DNA from: Alphaproteobacteria bacterium
GTDB lineage: Bacteria > Pseudomonadota > Alphaproteobacteria > JAAXGF01
NCBI GenBank assembly: GCA_963555825.3
Contig: CAUVXB020000002.1
Location: 1,536,001 to 1,600,000 of the forward strand
DNA length: 64,000 nucleotides
Reading direction: 5' to 3'
In this document: piece after piece, positions 50,262 through 60,711 of the stretch
Numbering within the stretch: position 1 is the stretch's first letter
Layout of the letters: each line of letters starts with the position of its first letter
Notes under the pieces: model-generated
Told to the model about the DNA's origin: nothing
Seen by the model: only the letters and a program-made list of their open reading frames with translations
The model's database searches: none
Made by a program: the position numbers and the translations under genes

Positions 50262-51680
50262 ATGAGCACGATCTATCACGAGACCATGGCAGCGGCGATT
50301 CCCGCCGCCGAGCGCGTCGCCGAGGCCAAGGCGATGCTCGTCGAGGCCGGTGTCAAATACGTCATGTCCTGCTGGATCGACCTGCTGGGCATGCCCAAGA
50401 CCAAACCGGTGCCGATCCGCGAGTTCGAGGCGGTCTGCGCCGGCAAGGGGCCGCAGTTCGCCGTCCATTCGATCTCGATGGTGCCCGAATTGGGGCCCGC
50501 CGATTCGGACCAGATCCCGATCCCCGACCTGGACAGTCTGGTGATCTGCCCGTGGGACCGCGCGACCGCCTGGGTGTTCGCCGATCTCTACTGGGAGGGG
50601 GCGCCCTACAACCTGTGCCCGCGGCTCGCGCTCAAGCGCCAGCTCGCCAAGGCGGTGGATTTGGGTTACCGGCCGATGGCCGGCGTCGAGCCCGAGTTCA
50701 TCGCGATGTGCTACGAGGACGGCAACCCGGTCAAGGCGTTCGACGACGATCCGACGATGCCGAACGGCACGACGGCGCGCCGCCAGGCGTGGGGCTACGA
50801 CGTCGAGGCGTCGATCGATTCGATGGACTTCCTCGGCGAGCTGATCGACATTCTCGAGGAACTCGAATGGGACATCCACGACGTCGTCGCCGAGGGTGCC
50901 TATTCGCAGTTCGAGCTCGATTTCGGCTACACCGACATCCTCACCATGGCCGACCGCTTCACCTTCCTGCGCGTGCTGTTGAAGGAGGTCGCCAAGCGCC
51001 ACGGCATGTTCATCACCTACATGCCCAAACCGACGCTGGGCGACTGGCGCTCGGGCGCGCATATCAACTTCAGCATGGAAGACGTGAAGACTGGCGCCAA
51101 TATCTTCGGGGACAACGAGGGCGGTTGGGCGAAAATCGTCGACAATGTGCTCGGCGGGCTGCTGCGCCACGGCGGCGCGCTCGCCGCGATCACCTGCTCG
51201 ACGGTGAATTCGTACAAGGGGCTGGTGTCCAAGGTGCCGGGCTTCGAGGGCGGCGTCTACACCTGGGCGCCGACCCATGTCACCTATGGCTCGAACAACC
51301 GATCCGCCATGCTGCGCCTGCCGCAGAACCGCTACTGCGTCGAGAACCGCGCGGCCGACATGTGCATGAATGCCTATTTCGGCATGGCGATGACGACCGG
51401 CGCCGCGCTCAAGGGCATCGCCGAGAGCCTCGATCCCGGGCCGCCGTTGAACAAGGACCTCTACAGCGTCACGCCCGAAGAGTTCGACGAGCGCGGCATC
51501 CAGCGCCTGCCACGCAACCTGCTCGAGGCGATCGAGATTTTCGACAAGGACGATCTCGCCAAGGATGTGCTCGGCCCGGTCATGCACAACTCCTACAGTC
51601 TCTACAAGCACGACGAATGGCAGCGTTTCGCGGTGGCGATCACCGAGTGGGAGCGCGAGGAGTATCTGCGCTTCTACTAG
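50262..51680 (+). CDS. Glutamine synthetase family (gamma-glutamyl-amine ligase-like) protein
   Basis: GVEPEF, QFE, YMPKP, SGAHIN, NSYKGL, NNRSAMLR, ENRAAD. Confidence 0.9.
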   Translation: MSTIYHETMAAAIPAAERVAEAKAMLVEAGVKYVMSCWIDLLGMPKTKPVPIREFEAVCAGKGPQFAVHSISMVPELGPADSDQIPIPDLDSLVICPWDRATAWVFADLYWEGAPYNLCPRLALKRQLAKAVDLGYRPMAGVEPEFIAMCYEDGNPVKAFDDDPTMPNGTTARRQAWGYDVEASIDSMDFLGELIDILEELEWDIHDVVAEGAYSQFELDFGYTDILTMADRFTFLRVLLKEVAKRHGMFITYMPKPTLGDWRSGAHINFSMEDVKTGANIFGDNEGGWAKIVDNVLGGLLRHGGALAAITCSTVNSYKGLVSKVPGFEGGVYTWAPTHVTYGSNNRSAMLRLPQNRYCVENRAADMCMNAYFGMAMTTGAALKGIAESLDPGPPLNKDLYSVTPEEFDERGIQRLPRNLLEAIEIFDKDDLAKDVLGPVMHNSYSLYKHDEWQRFAVAITEWEREEYLRFY

Positions 51681-51719
51681 GAGGCCATTCGAGTCGGGTC
51701 GATCGAGACGGGGCACGCC

Positions 51720-52730
51720 ATGACCGATTATACCATCTTCGAGGCGGGCGACATCGAGCTGCAATCGGGCGCGCGGCTGTCCGGCGCGAGACTGGTCTAT
51801 GCGACCTACGGCGCGTTGTCGGCGGCGAAGGACAACGCCGTCCTCATGCCGACGTACTACACCGGCGACCACGAGAGCAACGAGGCCTTCTTCGGCGCCG
51901 GCCGGGCGCTCGACCCGGCGCGCCATTTCATCATCTCGATCAACCTGATGGGCAACGGCCTGTCGTCGTCGCCCAGCAACACGCCGGCGCCCGACGACGG
52001 GCCACGGTTCCCCAAGGTCACGCTGTGGGACAACGTGGCGTGCCAGCGCCGCTTGCTGGCCGAGGTCTTCGGCGTCGCGCGCCTCAGGCTGGTCACCGGC
52101 TGGTCGATGGGCGGCTGCCAGTCCTATCAATGGGCCGCCCAGTACCCGGATATGGTCGACGCGATCCTGCCGTTCTGCGCCTCGGCCAAGACTTCGCCGC
52201 ACAACATCGTCTTTTTGGAAGGCGTCAAGGCGGCGCTCTGCGCCGACGGCGACTGGAACGGCGGCGACTACACGGCGCCGCCGCGGGGTGGCCTCAAGGC
52301 CTTCGGCCGGGTCTACGCCGGCTGGGCCTACTCGCAGACCTTCTATCGCGAACGGCTCCACCGGACGCTGGGCTTCGAGACCTTCGAGGACCTGCTGTGT
52401 GACTGGGAGGCCGGCCACCTGACGTGGGACGCCAACGATCTGCTCGCCATGCTGTGGACCTGGCAACACGGCGACATCAGCGCGAACGATCTCTATGGCG
52501 GCGATTTCCCCCGGGCGCTCGGCGCGATCCGAGCCCGCGCCATCGTCATGCCCTGCACCCATGACCTCTATTTCCCGCCCGAGGACAACGCCTACGAGGT
52601 CAGCCGCATGACCAACGCCGAGCTGCGGCCCTTCGATTCGGCATGGGGCCACTTGGTCCCCCGATCGGGCAGCGCCACGGCATTCGACCAGTCCTACGAC
52701 CACGCCGTCGCGGAACTGTTGTCGGCCTGA
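51720..52730 (+). CDS. Alpha/beta hydrolase, homoserine O-acetyltransferase-like
   Basis: YATYG.L, GNGLSSSPSN, GWSMG, DLYFPP, WGH. Confidence 0.88.
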   Translation: MTDYTIFEAGDIELQSGARLSGARLVYATYGALSAAKDNAVLMPTYYTGDHESNEAFFGAGRALDPARHFIISINLMGNGLSSSPSNTPAPDDGPRFPKVTLWDNVACQRRLLAEVFGVARLRLVTGWSMGGCQSYQWAAQYPDMVDAILPFCASAKTSPHNIVFLEGVKAALCADGDWNGGDYTAPPRGGLKAFGRVYAGWAYSQTFYRERLHRTLGFETFEDLLCDWEAGHLTWDANDLLAMLWTWQHGDISANDLYGGDFPRALGAIRARAIVMPCTHDLYFPPEDNAYEVSRMTNAELRPFDSAWGHLVPRSGSATAFDQSYDHAVAELLSA

Positions 52731-53311
52731 TGGTCAACGCCCGACCGCGACGCGGCGAAACGGTTTGGATGGTTAACGCCACGTATTCAGACGCTTAACC
52801 CGATTGGGCTAAGGGAAATCCCTAATCTTCATAGGGGGGCGGTGCTAGGTTGTCCGAACATGCCACAGGCGATATAGATCAAAGCCTTCCCGGGCTGGTT
52901 TCCGGGTCTGTGTGTCGGCAACCCGCAATCACGTCGATTGCACTGCAGAAAACGGCTATTCGGGGGAATTCGAACGCAAGAGGTCGTTGGTTTAGGCGAA
53001 GATAACAACTATCACCGTCCGTCATGAGATCGTGGCATCGTCTGCCGCAACCGGCATCGATAAGAGTTAAACAACAAATCGGATTGGCAGCATGGCACGC
53101 GACGCAAACGGACCGGACGAGCCTACGCCAAGCGAGATGACCCCGACGGACATGGATATCGCGGAGAAGACCGTGCAAGCGGTCGGCGAACTCCAGGATG
53201 CCATGGATGCGGCGCTGCTAGCCGGCCTCATCGTTGAGCCGAGCTTTACGCAGGTCGAAAACCGCCTAACACGTTATGGCACGAGGATCAGTTCGTTCAT
53301 ATGTAGTCTAA

Positions 53312-54486
53312 TACCAGTGAGCCTATGAAATCACCTTCATGATCCATGGATAGGCGCAGAGGGTTCGCATACGATCCGGTTCTGCGATGAGGTCGATCCA
53401 TGCTTGGCAACAGGCGTCGATGATGGCCTCGGTGTCGTCGAGGACGCGGAGCGATAGGAAGCGTTCGCGTAGGTAGAGCCAAACCCGCTCGACGGGGTTG
53501 AGTTCGGGACTGTAAGGCGGCAACAGCGCCAAGGTGACGTTGTCGGGGACGGTGAGGGCGCGCTCGTCGTGCCAACCGGCGCCGTCGCACATCATGACGG
53601 CGTGCGCATCCTGGTCCAGGGTATCGGCGAAGTGTGCGAGAAACAGGTCCATGACCTTGGCGTTGACGCTCGGCATCACCAGGGTGACGTCGTCGCCGGT
53701 GTCCGGGCGCACGGCGGAGAAGATGTAGGCCCACTGGTAGCCGATTTGACGCGTCCCGGGGGCACGCTCGCCCCTGCGCCACCACCGGTGACACACCCGG
53801 CCCTTGTTGCCGACGCGCGCTTCATCCTGAAACCACAGCTGTAGGCGCTTGTCGGGATGCGCCGCGGCGGTCGCCTTCAGGATGTCGCGAAGCCCCCTTT
53901 TTTGAAGCGCTCCTGCGCTTCGGCGTCCCTTCGCGGGTGGCTCGGGCGCGCCTTCTGGCGGGAAAATCCCATCCGCCGTAGAACCCGGGTCATGCTCGAG
54001 GGGTGGTAGGTCTTGGCGAAGCGCTCCTCCAGCCAGCGGCACAGATCGGCCCGGGTCCAGGCGCAAACCCCGTCGCGCTCAGGCTCCGGCCCGGCGATGA
54101 TGACCGCCGCCAGCGCCGCTTCCTCGTCTGCCGTCAGCCGCCGCGGCGAGTAGCCCTTTGGACGGTCGTGAAGCCCCTCCAATCCCTTTGCATTGTAACG
54201 AACAACCGCGTCGCGAAGCGTTTGGCGATCCATCCCCGCAAGCCGCGCGGCATCAGCCCGGGGCATCTCCTCCAAAGCATTCGCGATCCCATAGGCCCGC
54301 GCCGCCGCTCGACCGTACGATTCCACGCGAGCCCAGCGCCGAAGCTCCAAAGGCGTCAAATCATCCCGTATCTTGAGTGCTGATCCCATGACATCCCCCA
54401 CATCTGGTGGGAGACCATAGAATCACAATCCGCCATCATCCGCCATCAATGAATATCCCGAGAGTCAATTCAGGCGCTCACTGGTA
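53312..54486 (-). mobile_element. IS630 family element
   Basis: TIRs (A)TACCAGTGAGC / GCTCACTGGTA(T); flanked by TAA and TCA. Confidence 0.92.
53323..54389 (-). CDS. IS630 transposase in two frames (HTH orfA plus DDE orfB), probable programmed frameshift
   Basis: orfA 53877-54389; orfB FQDEAR, DGAGWH, PPYSPELNPVERVW; AAAAAAGGGGG slippery site at 53893-53903. Confidence 0.9.
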
Positions 54487-54573
54487 TCAGGGTCTACAGA
54501 AAACTCACCTGATCCCGGTCGCGGCGTTTTCAGGAAATTCCATTGTCCCATGGTCTGGGAAGAGGAATTTGCG

Positions 54574-54741
54574 ATGCTAGGCCAGATGCTCATTGTTTAT
54601 TTCACCAACCGGTCGGGTGCTACCGCGATCGAGTACGGGTTGCTCGCCGCAGCCATGGCGCTGGCGCTCATCGCCTCGGTCTTCGCGCTCGGCGACGAGG
54701 TCGCGGCGCTGTACAACACGATCAAGATCGAGATCGAATAG
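54574..54741 (+). CDS. flp: Flp family type IVb pilin
   Basis: SGATAIEYGLLAA prepilin motif followed by a hydrophobic helix. Confidence 0.9.
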   Translation: MLGQMLIVYFTNRSGATAIEYGLLAAAMALALIASVFALGDEVAALYNTIKIEIE

Positions 54742-54865
54742 CGCCCCGTTGACCGATGATGCCGGTGTGGCGCGGGACCACCCGCCACGCGCTCAACCTG
54801 GTTCACGGCGCGCGGCCGGTGCCGCCAATCGCTGCCCACGACCGCCCGCATCAGCGCGGCGGTTT

Positions 54866-57175
54866 TTATTTTGACGTCATCGTCCAGATGCCGTCCCAGT
54901 CGTCGCCTGGCGGCGTCTCGCGAAGCTGCGCGCACCGCTCGACGTACATCTTGGATGGGAGGTCGTTCTCGTTGAGGCGCAGCGCGGTCTCGAAGATTGT
55001 GATCGCGTCGTCCCAGCGCTGGGCGCGATACTGTGCCAGCCCCTCACGGAAATGGCCGAGCACTTCGGCCAGATTGGGGAATGTCTCGGCGGTATGGAAG
55101 TCGAGCACTTCGTATACGCCGACCGGCTGCGTCTTGCCCTTGACGACGACGCGGTCGACCTCGCGGCTGCGATAGGTGCCGCGCAGGTTGTCGAATGTGT
55201 TCTCGCTGATCAGGATCTGGGCGCCGTATTGCTTGCACGCGCTCTCGAGCCGCGCCGCGAGGTTAACGCCGTCGCCGATCACCGTGTAGTCCATGCGCTT
55301 GGGCGAACCGATGTTGCCGGACACCACCTCGTCGGTGTTGATGCCGATGCCGATGCCGATCGGCCGCTTGCCGTCGCTGACGCGCCCGCGATTGTACGTA
55401 TTGAGCTCGGACATCATGGCGCAGGCGGTGCGCACCGCGCGGTCGTCGTCGTCGTCGTCGTCGTCGTGGGCGAAGGGGATGCCGAACGCCGCCATGATGG
55501 CGTCGCCGATGAACTTGTCCAGCATGCCGCCCTCTTGCTGGATGCAGTCGACCATGATGGTGAAATATTCGTTGAGCAGGGTGACCGTACCCTGCGCGCC
55601 GAGTTCCTCGGTCAGCGTCGTGAAGCCGCGCACGTCCGAGAAAAGCACTGTGACCGTGCTGCTCAGGCCGCCCAGGAGTTCCTCGCCGCCTTCCAGCAGC
55701 TTGGCCGCGATCGACGGGTCCATGTAGCGCGCCATGGTCGACTTCATGCGCTTTTCGGAGGAGATGTCCTCGATCATGATCATCGAGCCGAGCGTCTCCT
55801 CGTTGACGCTGCGCAGCGGCAGGACGTTCAGGTTGACCGACAGGGTCTCGTCGTCCACGACCATCTCGGCGTCCATGGCGAGGTCGCCCTCGCGGCTCTC
55901 CCGGACACGCTTGACGGTATCGAGGATCCAGGCGTTCGGGCCGGTGAAAAACGCTTCGGCCGGCTGGCCGACGACGTCGGCGGCGAGCACCTTCAACAGA
56001 CGCAAACCGGGGCGGTTGCAGGTGACGATCTTGCCACCCTCGTCCAGGGTAATGACGGTGTTCGACATGCTTTCCAGAATGCTCTCGTTGTAGTTCTTCA
56101 TGTTCTGCACATCGTCGAACAGTTTGGCGTTCTCGAGCGCGATCGAAACCTGGGCGGTGAACGCCTTGAGGCGCGATTCGTCCTCATCGGTGAACGGCCC
56201 GCCGCGCTTGTTCAGCACCTGCGTCACGCCGATCGACTTGCCGTTCTTGTTGACCAGCGGAACGCACAGGATCGAGCGCGTGAAGTAGCCGGTCTGCTTG
56301 TCGAGCGCCGGGTTGAACCGAAGGTCGGCGTATGCGTGTGGGATGTTGATCGTCTTGCCGGTGGTGAACGCGGTGCCGGCGATGCCCATGTGGTTGGGGA
56401 TGCGGATCTGCGTCGTGCCGAGGCCGCCGCCGACCTCCGACCACAGCTCATCGGTCTTTTCGTCGTTGAGGAACAGCGTCGAACGCTCGGCGTCGAGCAT
56501 GCGCGAGACCTCGCCCATGATCTTCTGCAACAGCGCGCCGAGCTGAATTTCCGACGACACCTCCGAGACGACATCGAGGAACTGCAGCTCCTGCGCCCGC
56601 GAACGCTCCATGCGCTCGATCGCCTGGCGACTCTGTAGGGCGCCGGCCGCCTGCGTGGCCATCACCTCGAGCAGTTCTCGATCATTTTCGGTGAATTTAC
56701 CCTTCGTCTTGTTCAGCGTCTGGGCGACGCCAATGATCTCGCCGGCCACGGTCTTTACCGGCACGCATAGAATGCTCTTGGTGACGAAACCGGTCTGTTC
56801 GTCGATCGAGGCGTCGAAATGCTCGTCCTTGTGGGCGTTCTGAACGATGGTGCTCTCGCCGGTCGTGAATACGTGGCCGGCGACGCCACGGGTGTTGAGG
56901 ATGCGGATTTCGCGTTTGAGATGGCCCTGGGCGACGCGCGAGTAAAGCTCGGCCGTCAGGCCGTCGTTGAGGAACAGGCTGGCGCGTTCTGCCCCCGTCG
57001 CTCCGGCGGCGAGGCCGACGAAGGTATTGAGCACGCCATCGAGCGTGCGGTCGGCGGCCACCTTGTGCGACACGTCGAGCAACAGCTCGGCGACGCGCAA
57101 CCGGCCCATGGCGTCGTCCGACGATTGAGCGCGCTTCCCCTTGCCCTCGACCGTTCGCCCGCTGTCATTCGGCAT
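54866..57175 (-). CDS. GAF-GAF-PAS class III adenylate cyclase with C-terminal TPR-like tail
   Basis: Two GAF domains with NK...F...D motif; FSDVRGFT, DKFIGDAIM, DYTVIGDGVNLAARLE; start ATG 57175. Confidence 0.92.
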   Translation of the reverse strand: MPNDSGRTVEGKGKRAQSSDDAMGRLRVAELLLDVSHKVAADRTLDGVLNTFVGLAAGATGAERASLFLNDGLTAELYSRVAQGHLKREIRILNTRGVAGHVFTTGESTIVQNAHKDEHFDASIDEQTGFVTKSILCVPVKTVAGEIIGVAQTLNKTKGKFTENDRELLEVMATQAAGALQSRQAIERMERSRAQELQFLDVVSEVSSEIQLGALLQKIMGEVSRMLDAERSTLFLNDEKTDELWSEVGGGLGTTQIRIPNHMGIAGTAFTTGKTINIPHAYADLRFNPALDKQTGYFTRSILCVPLVNKNGKSIGVTQVLNKRGGPFTDEDESRLKAFTAQVSIALENAKLFDDVQNMKNYNESILESMSNTVITLDEGGKIVTCNRPGLRLLKVLAADVVGQPAEAFFTGPNAWILDTVKRVRESREGDLAMDAEMVVDDETLSVNLNVLPLRSVNEETLGSMIMIEDISSEKRMKSTMARYMDPSIAAKLLEGGEELLGGLSSTVTVLFSDVRGFTTLTEELGAQGTVTLLNEYFTIMVDCIQQEGGMLDKFIGDAIMAAFGIPFAHDDDDDDDDRAVRTACAMMSELNTYNRGRVSDGKRPIGIGIGINTDEVVSGNIGSPKRMDYTVIGDGVNLAARLESACKQYGAQILISENTFDNLRGTYRSREVDRVVVKGKTQPVGVYEVLDFHTAETFPNLAEVLGHFREGLAQYRAQRWDDAITIFETALRLNENDLPSKMYVERCAQLRETPPGDDWDGIWTMTSK

Positions 57176-57523
57176 CGTCCGTCTCCAACTGAGCGCGCAG
57201 CATCGCGATCGTCTGCTGCTGCTGGTTACTTTCATCACGGAAGCCGCGGCGGAGCTGCTGCACGGTGTCGTCGTGCGCAATCTTGCCGCGCTCGATCTCA
57301 TCGCGCAGCGCGCCGATCGCTCCCTTGAGTTGACCGATTTCGTCGTTCGCCTCGGCGACCGAGGTCTGCACGGCCTCGGCGCCGTCATGGCGCATTTGCT
57401 CGAGCTCATCACGCAATGCGTTGATGGCGGCCTTGAGCTGGAGGATTTCACCGTTGGCGTCGGCGACCGTCGCCTGGACGTTCTCGTCGTTCTCGGCGTG
57501 CAACGCCTCGAGCGTGTCGCGTA

Positions 57524-59177
57524 GGGTGTGGGTCTGTTATGGAAAATCTCAGTCATTGATTTAGTGCGTTTTTTGTGTCGAGACGAACGGCCGAAATCGG
57601 CTATTCGTGACAATGGGCCGCTCCAAGGCAGGATTTTGTTACGACGGCAGGGTCGAGCAGGGGAAGGTGGGAACGCTCCGCACCGCCAGAAGCGGTACGA
57701 TGCCGTGTCTCGAAACCCAACATCGGGAGCATTCCCATGGCAGTATCCCCGCCTCCGGCGCCTTCGTCCATCGATCTTTCCGGCCTGCCTCCTCGGGTCG
57801 TCGAGGCGGCCGCCCGGGTGCTCGCACTGTGTCGCGAGGAGCTTCGTTCCGAGCCGCGCCCCGAGGCGCCCGAGGAGGTCGAGTTGCGGGTGCGTGAGGC
57901 CACGAACGAGTTCGCTCGCGATGTCATGGGCGCCGTCATCGAGAACCGGGACGATGGCGCTTCCCGGATCGAGCGGGACGGGCAGAGCTGGTTCCGGGTC
58001 GCGGTGACGCCGAAGACGATCATGACCTCGCTCGGTCCGGTGACCTACCGGCGAGCGCGTTACCGCAGCGGCGCGAGCGGGGCATCGCCGGTGCCGGTCG
58101 ACGAGAGCCTGGGCCTCGTCGACGATTACCTGACGCGGCCGGCGGCCGAGCTCGGTCTGCTGATGATGGGTCACTGCACGGCCCGGGAAGCGGCGGCGTT
58201 CTTTGCGAAGACCGGCGCCATGACGCCGTCGGTGAGCACCCTGCAGCGCCTGACCCTGAGCATGCACGAATGCTGGGAGAGCCTCGGCCCGGAGACGCTG
58301 GGCAGCATCCGTGAGGCCGAGGGCATACCGCAGGACGCGACCACCGCCTCGGTCTCCCTCGACGGCGTCATGGTGCCGCTGAGACCCGGCGAGGACGGTC
58401 GCGCCAAGGCCTCCTGGCGCGAGGCTGCCTGCGGCACGGTCTCCTTCCACGACGCCGAGGGCAAGCGCCTGAAGACCCTCTATCTCGGCCGCATGCCGGA
58501 GAGCGGCAAGCTCACGCTGAAGGCGCAGCTTGCAAGCGAAGTCGCACACATCAGGCGAGCACGCCCCGAGATCGGGATCGTCGCTATCGCCGATGGCGCC
58601 GCCGACAACTGGACCTTCCTGGAGACCCTGTCGCCCGAAACCGAGGTGATCGACTTCTGGCATGCTTGCGAACATCTGCAAACCGCGTCCGACCATGCCG
58701 TGGCGCCCGGCTGGTTCGAGAAGTACCGCGAGATCCTCCGTCACGATCCCCGTGGCGTCGCCAAGGTGATCCGGGCGCTGCGCCACCTTCGCGATGCCGC
58801 CGCTGCGCCGGACCGGGCCGAGACCGAGCGGGAACTCGCCTTCTTCCGCAAGCATCGCCATCGCATGCGCTACCACGCCCTGAAGGAAGAGGGCATCGCC
58901 ATCGGCTCAGGCGTGGTCGAAGCTGCCAACAAGACCCTGGTGACACAGCGCATGAAGCGCTCCGGCATGCGCTGGCGGATCGTCGGCGGACAGGCTGTTC
59001 TGACCTTCCGCGCCCTGATCAAATCCGGCCGCTTCGAGCGGGCATGGAAGGCCCTGATCAGCGCAACCGACACACCGGCCAACGACAACATCAGTCCACG
59101 TGCAGCAGCCATGGCAATCGCTGCCTGAACTCAACGAACCAAGCCGCAGACATCACTGCCATGCGAGACTCGCACCC
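57524..59177 (+). mobile_element. ISKra4-like element
   Basis: TIRs GGGTGTGGGTCT / AGACTCGCACCC; 8-bp TSD GTCGCGTA at 57516-57523 and 59178-59185. Confidence 0.92.
57737..59128 (+). CDS. ISKra4-like (UPF0236-type) transposase
   Basis: SLDGVMV, ADGAADNW, DFWHACEHL, IGSGVVEAANK, RMKRSGMRW. Confidence 0.9.
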   Translation: MAVSPPPAPSSIDLSGLPPRVVEAAARVLALCREELRSEPRPEAPEEVELRVREATNEFARDVMGAVIENRDDGASRIERDGQSWFRVAVTPKTIMTSLGPVTYRRARYRSGASGASPVPVDESLGLVDDYLTRPAAELGLLMMGHCTAREAAAFFAKTGAMTPSVSTLQRLTLSMHECWESLGPETLGSIREAEGIPQDATTASVSLDGVMVPLRPGEDGRAKASWREAACGTVSFHDAEGKRLKTLYLGRMPESGKLTLKAQLASEVAHIRRARPEIGIVAIADGAADNWTFLETLSPETEVIDFWHACEHLQTASDHAVAPGWFEKYREILRHDPRGVAKVIRALRHLRDAAAAPDRAETERELAFFRKHRHRMRYHALKEEGIAIGSGVVEAANKTLVTQRMKRSGMRWRIVGGQAVLTFRALIKSGRFERAWKALISATDTPANDNISPRAAAMAIAA

Positions 59178-59397
59178 GTCGCGTAGCTCACCGATCGTCG
59201 TCTTGAGATGCTGGTTTTCGCTGTTCGCCTCGGCGGTCACCGCCTGAATGCTTCGGTCCTTCTCGAGGCGAAGCTGCTCGAGCGAGTCGCGCAATGCACC
59301 GACGGTGTCCGTCATCTGACGCAGCTCGGTCTGCGCGGCGCGCAGTCCATCTTTGCTGCCGTTCTCCCCCACAGACGTCTGCTCGATCCGCGCCATG

Positions 59398-60591
59398 TCA
59401 ATCGAACCACTGCATGGGCGAAGTGGTGACCAGCTCGGTGCCTTGGTCGGTCACGATGAGGTTCTGTTCGAAGCCCGCGCTGCCGACGCCCGTGCGGGCG
59501 AAGAACGCCTCGATGCCGATCACCATGCCGGCCTCGTAGATATCGTTCTCACTGCCCATTTGCACCGAAACGTAGGGCGGTTCGAAGAACAATCCGTTGC
59601 CGTGCCCGAACAGCGGGAACTTCTCGGCCGCCTGGTCCTTCTCGCCGCCGGCCTCGGCGGTTAGGCGCTCGCCGAGGCGCGCCGTGTCCATGACCGCGAC
59701 GCCGGGGCGGATCGCCTCGATCACCTGTTCGACGATCGACGCCGTCGTCTCGATCAGCTCGCGTTGCGAATTCGACGGCCGCCGGCCGACCACCGCGGTG
59801 CGGCCCGGGTCGAGCCAATAGCCTTGAAACATCGGTCCATAGGCCCAGCCGCGCACCAGCTCGCCGTCCTTCGGCGTCTCGTGGTTGAAGCCGGCCAGCG
59901 GGTCGGCGGTGAAATACCCGATCAACTCGCCGTGGCTGACCGGAATCATGTGGACGTGACCGCCGCCGCGGTACACCTCTCGCGCCGCCTCGCCAGCCGC
60001 CTCGGCCTCCGACTTGCCGGTCAGCAGGCCCTCGATCAGCGCGTCGAGGGCGCGCGTTGCGACGACGCCCGCCTGGCGGACGCAATCGAGTTCGCGCGGG
60101 CTCTTGACCCTGCGCGGCTCGAGCACGAGGTCATCGAGCGGTAGCCATTCGATACCCGGCGTTGCGCTCTCCAACTGGCGCCAGTACTTGAGCGGCAGGA
60201 AATCGGTGCCGACCAAGGCGACGCGGCCCGTCACATTTCGCTCGCGCAGGCTGTCGGCGACCGCCTTGATGGCGTTGCGGCTCCACGCCACCCGGTCGGT
60301 CGCGATCAGATCGGTGCGCGGCCAGGGTTCGTCGGCTTGCAGTTCGGGCGTCTCGCCGGTGCGCAGGATGACGGCCGAGAACGCGCGTGCGTTTGACAGC
60401 GGCGTGTCGTAGCCCTGCCCCGAACTGGTGCCGTAGAAATTGGTCAAATAGAGCACATCGCCGCAACGCTCGTAGCTGCCCCCCGAACGGCCCCAGACCA
60501 CGGCGGTCTCGAAACCCGCCTCGGTCATGCGCCGGTGAACACGCGCCCAGCGATCGTGGTATTCCTCGTCCGGAAAATAGGCCGCGACCAT
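59398..60591 (-). CDS. M24 family (Xaa-Pro peptidase/creatinase-like) protein
   Basis: VLYLTNF, RRVKSPRE, GYWLDPGRT, GHGNGL..E, GFEQNLIVT; some metal ligands substituted. Confidence 0.85.
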   Translation of the reverse strand: MVAAYFPDEEYHDRWARVHRRMTEAGFETAVVWGRSGGSYERCGDVLYLTNFYGTSSGQGYDTPLSNARAFSAVILRTGETPELQADEPWPRTDLIATDRVAWSRNAIKAVADSLRERNVTGRVALVGTDFLPLKYWRQLESATPGIEWLPLDDLVLEPRRVKSPRELDCVRQAGVVATRALDALIEGLLTGKSEAEAAGEAAREVYRGGGHVHMIPVSHGELIGYFTADPLAGFNHETPKDGELVRGWAYGPMFQGYWLDPGRTAVVGRRPSNSQRELIETTASIVEQVIEAIRPGVAVMDTARLGERLTAEAGGEKDQAAEKFPLFGHGNGLFFEPPYVSVQMGSENDIYEAGMVIGIEAFFARTGVGSAGFEQNLIVTDQGTELVTTSPMQWFD

Positions 60592-60711
60592 GCTCGTCCT
60601 CCCTCGCCGGCGTCGTTCGCAGCGCCGCTTTCGCCGATGCTACCACGCATCGACGGCGAGTTCAGCCCGCGCGCGTCACGACGCGGGTGGTGGCCGTGCC
60701 ATTCCTTTGTG

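Larger units (their letters stand above)
53092..54512 (+). pseudogene. Small hypothetical gene interrupted near its 3' end by IS630
   Basis: Removing the IS and one T[A/C]A restores ...FICSLRVYRKLT* (TGA 54510-54512). Confidence 0.65.
57165..59396 (-). pseudogene. Coiled-coil 36-aa repeat protein interrupted by an ISKra4-like element
   Basis: 59396-59178 joined to 57515-57165 is in frame (189 aa, ...GELRD/TLEALH...). Confidence 0.88.

Noticed and set aside
54866-58876. 1336-aa ORF as a giant cyclase
   Set aside because: The N-terminal ~570 aa are antisense to the transposase and off-frame across the coiled-coil gene; the real start is about 57175.
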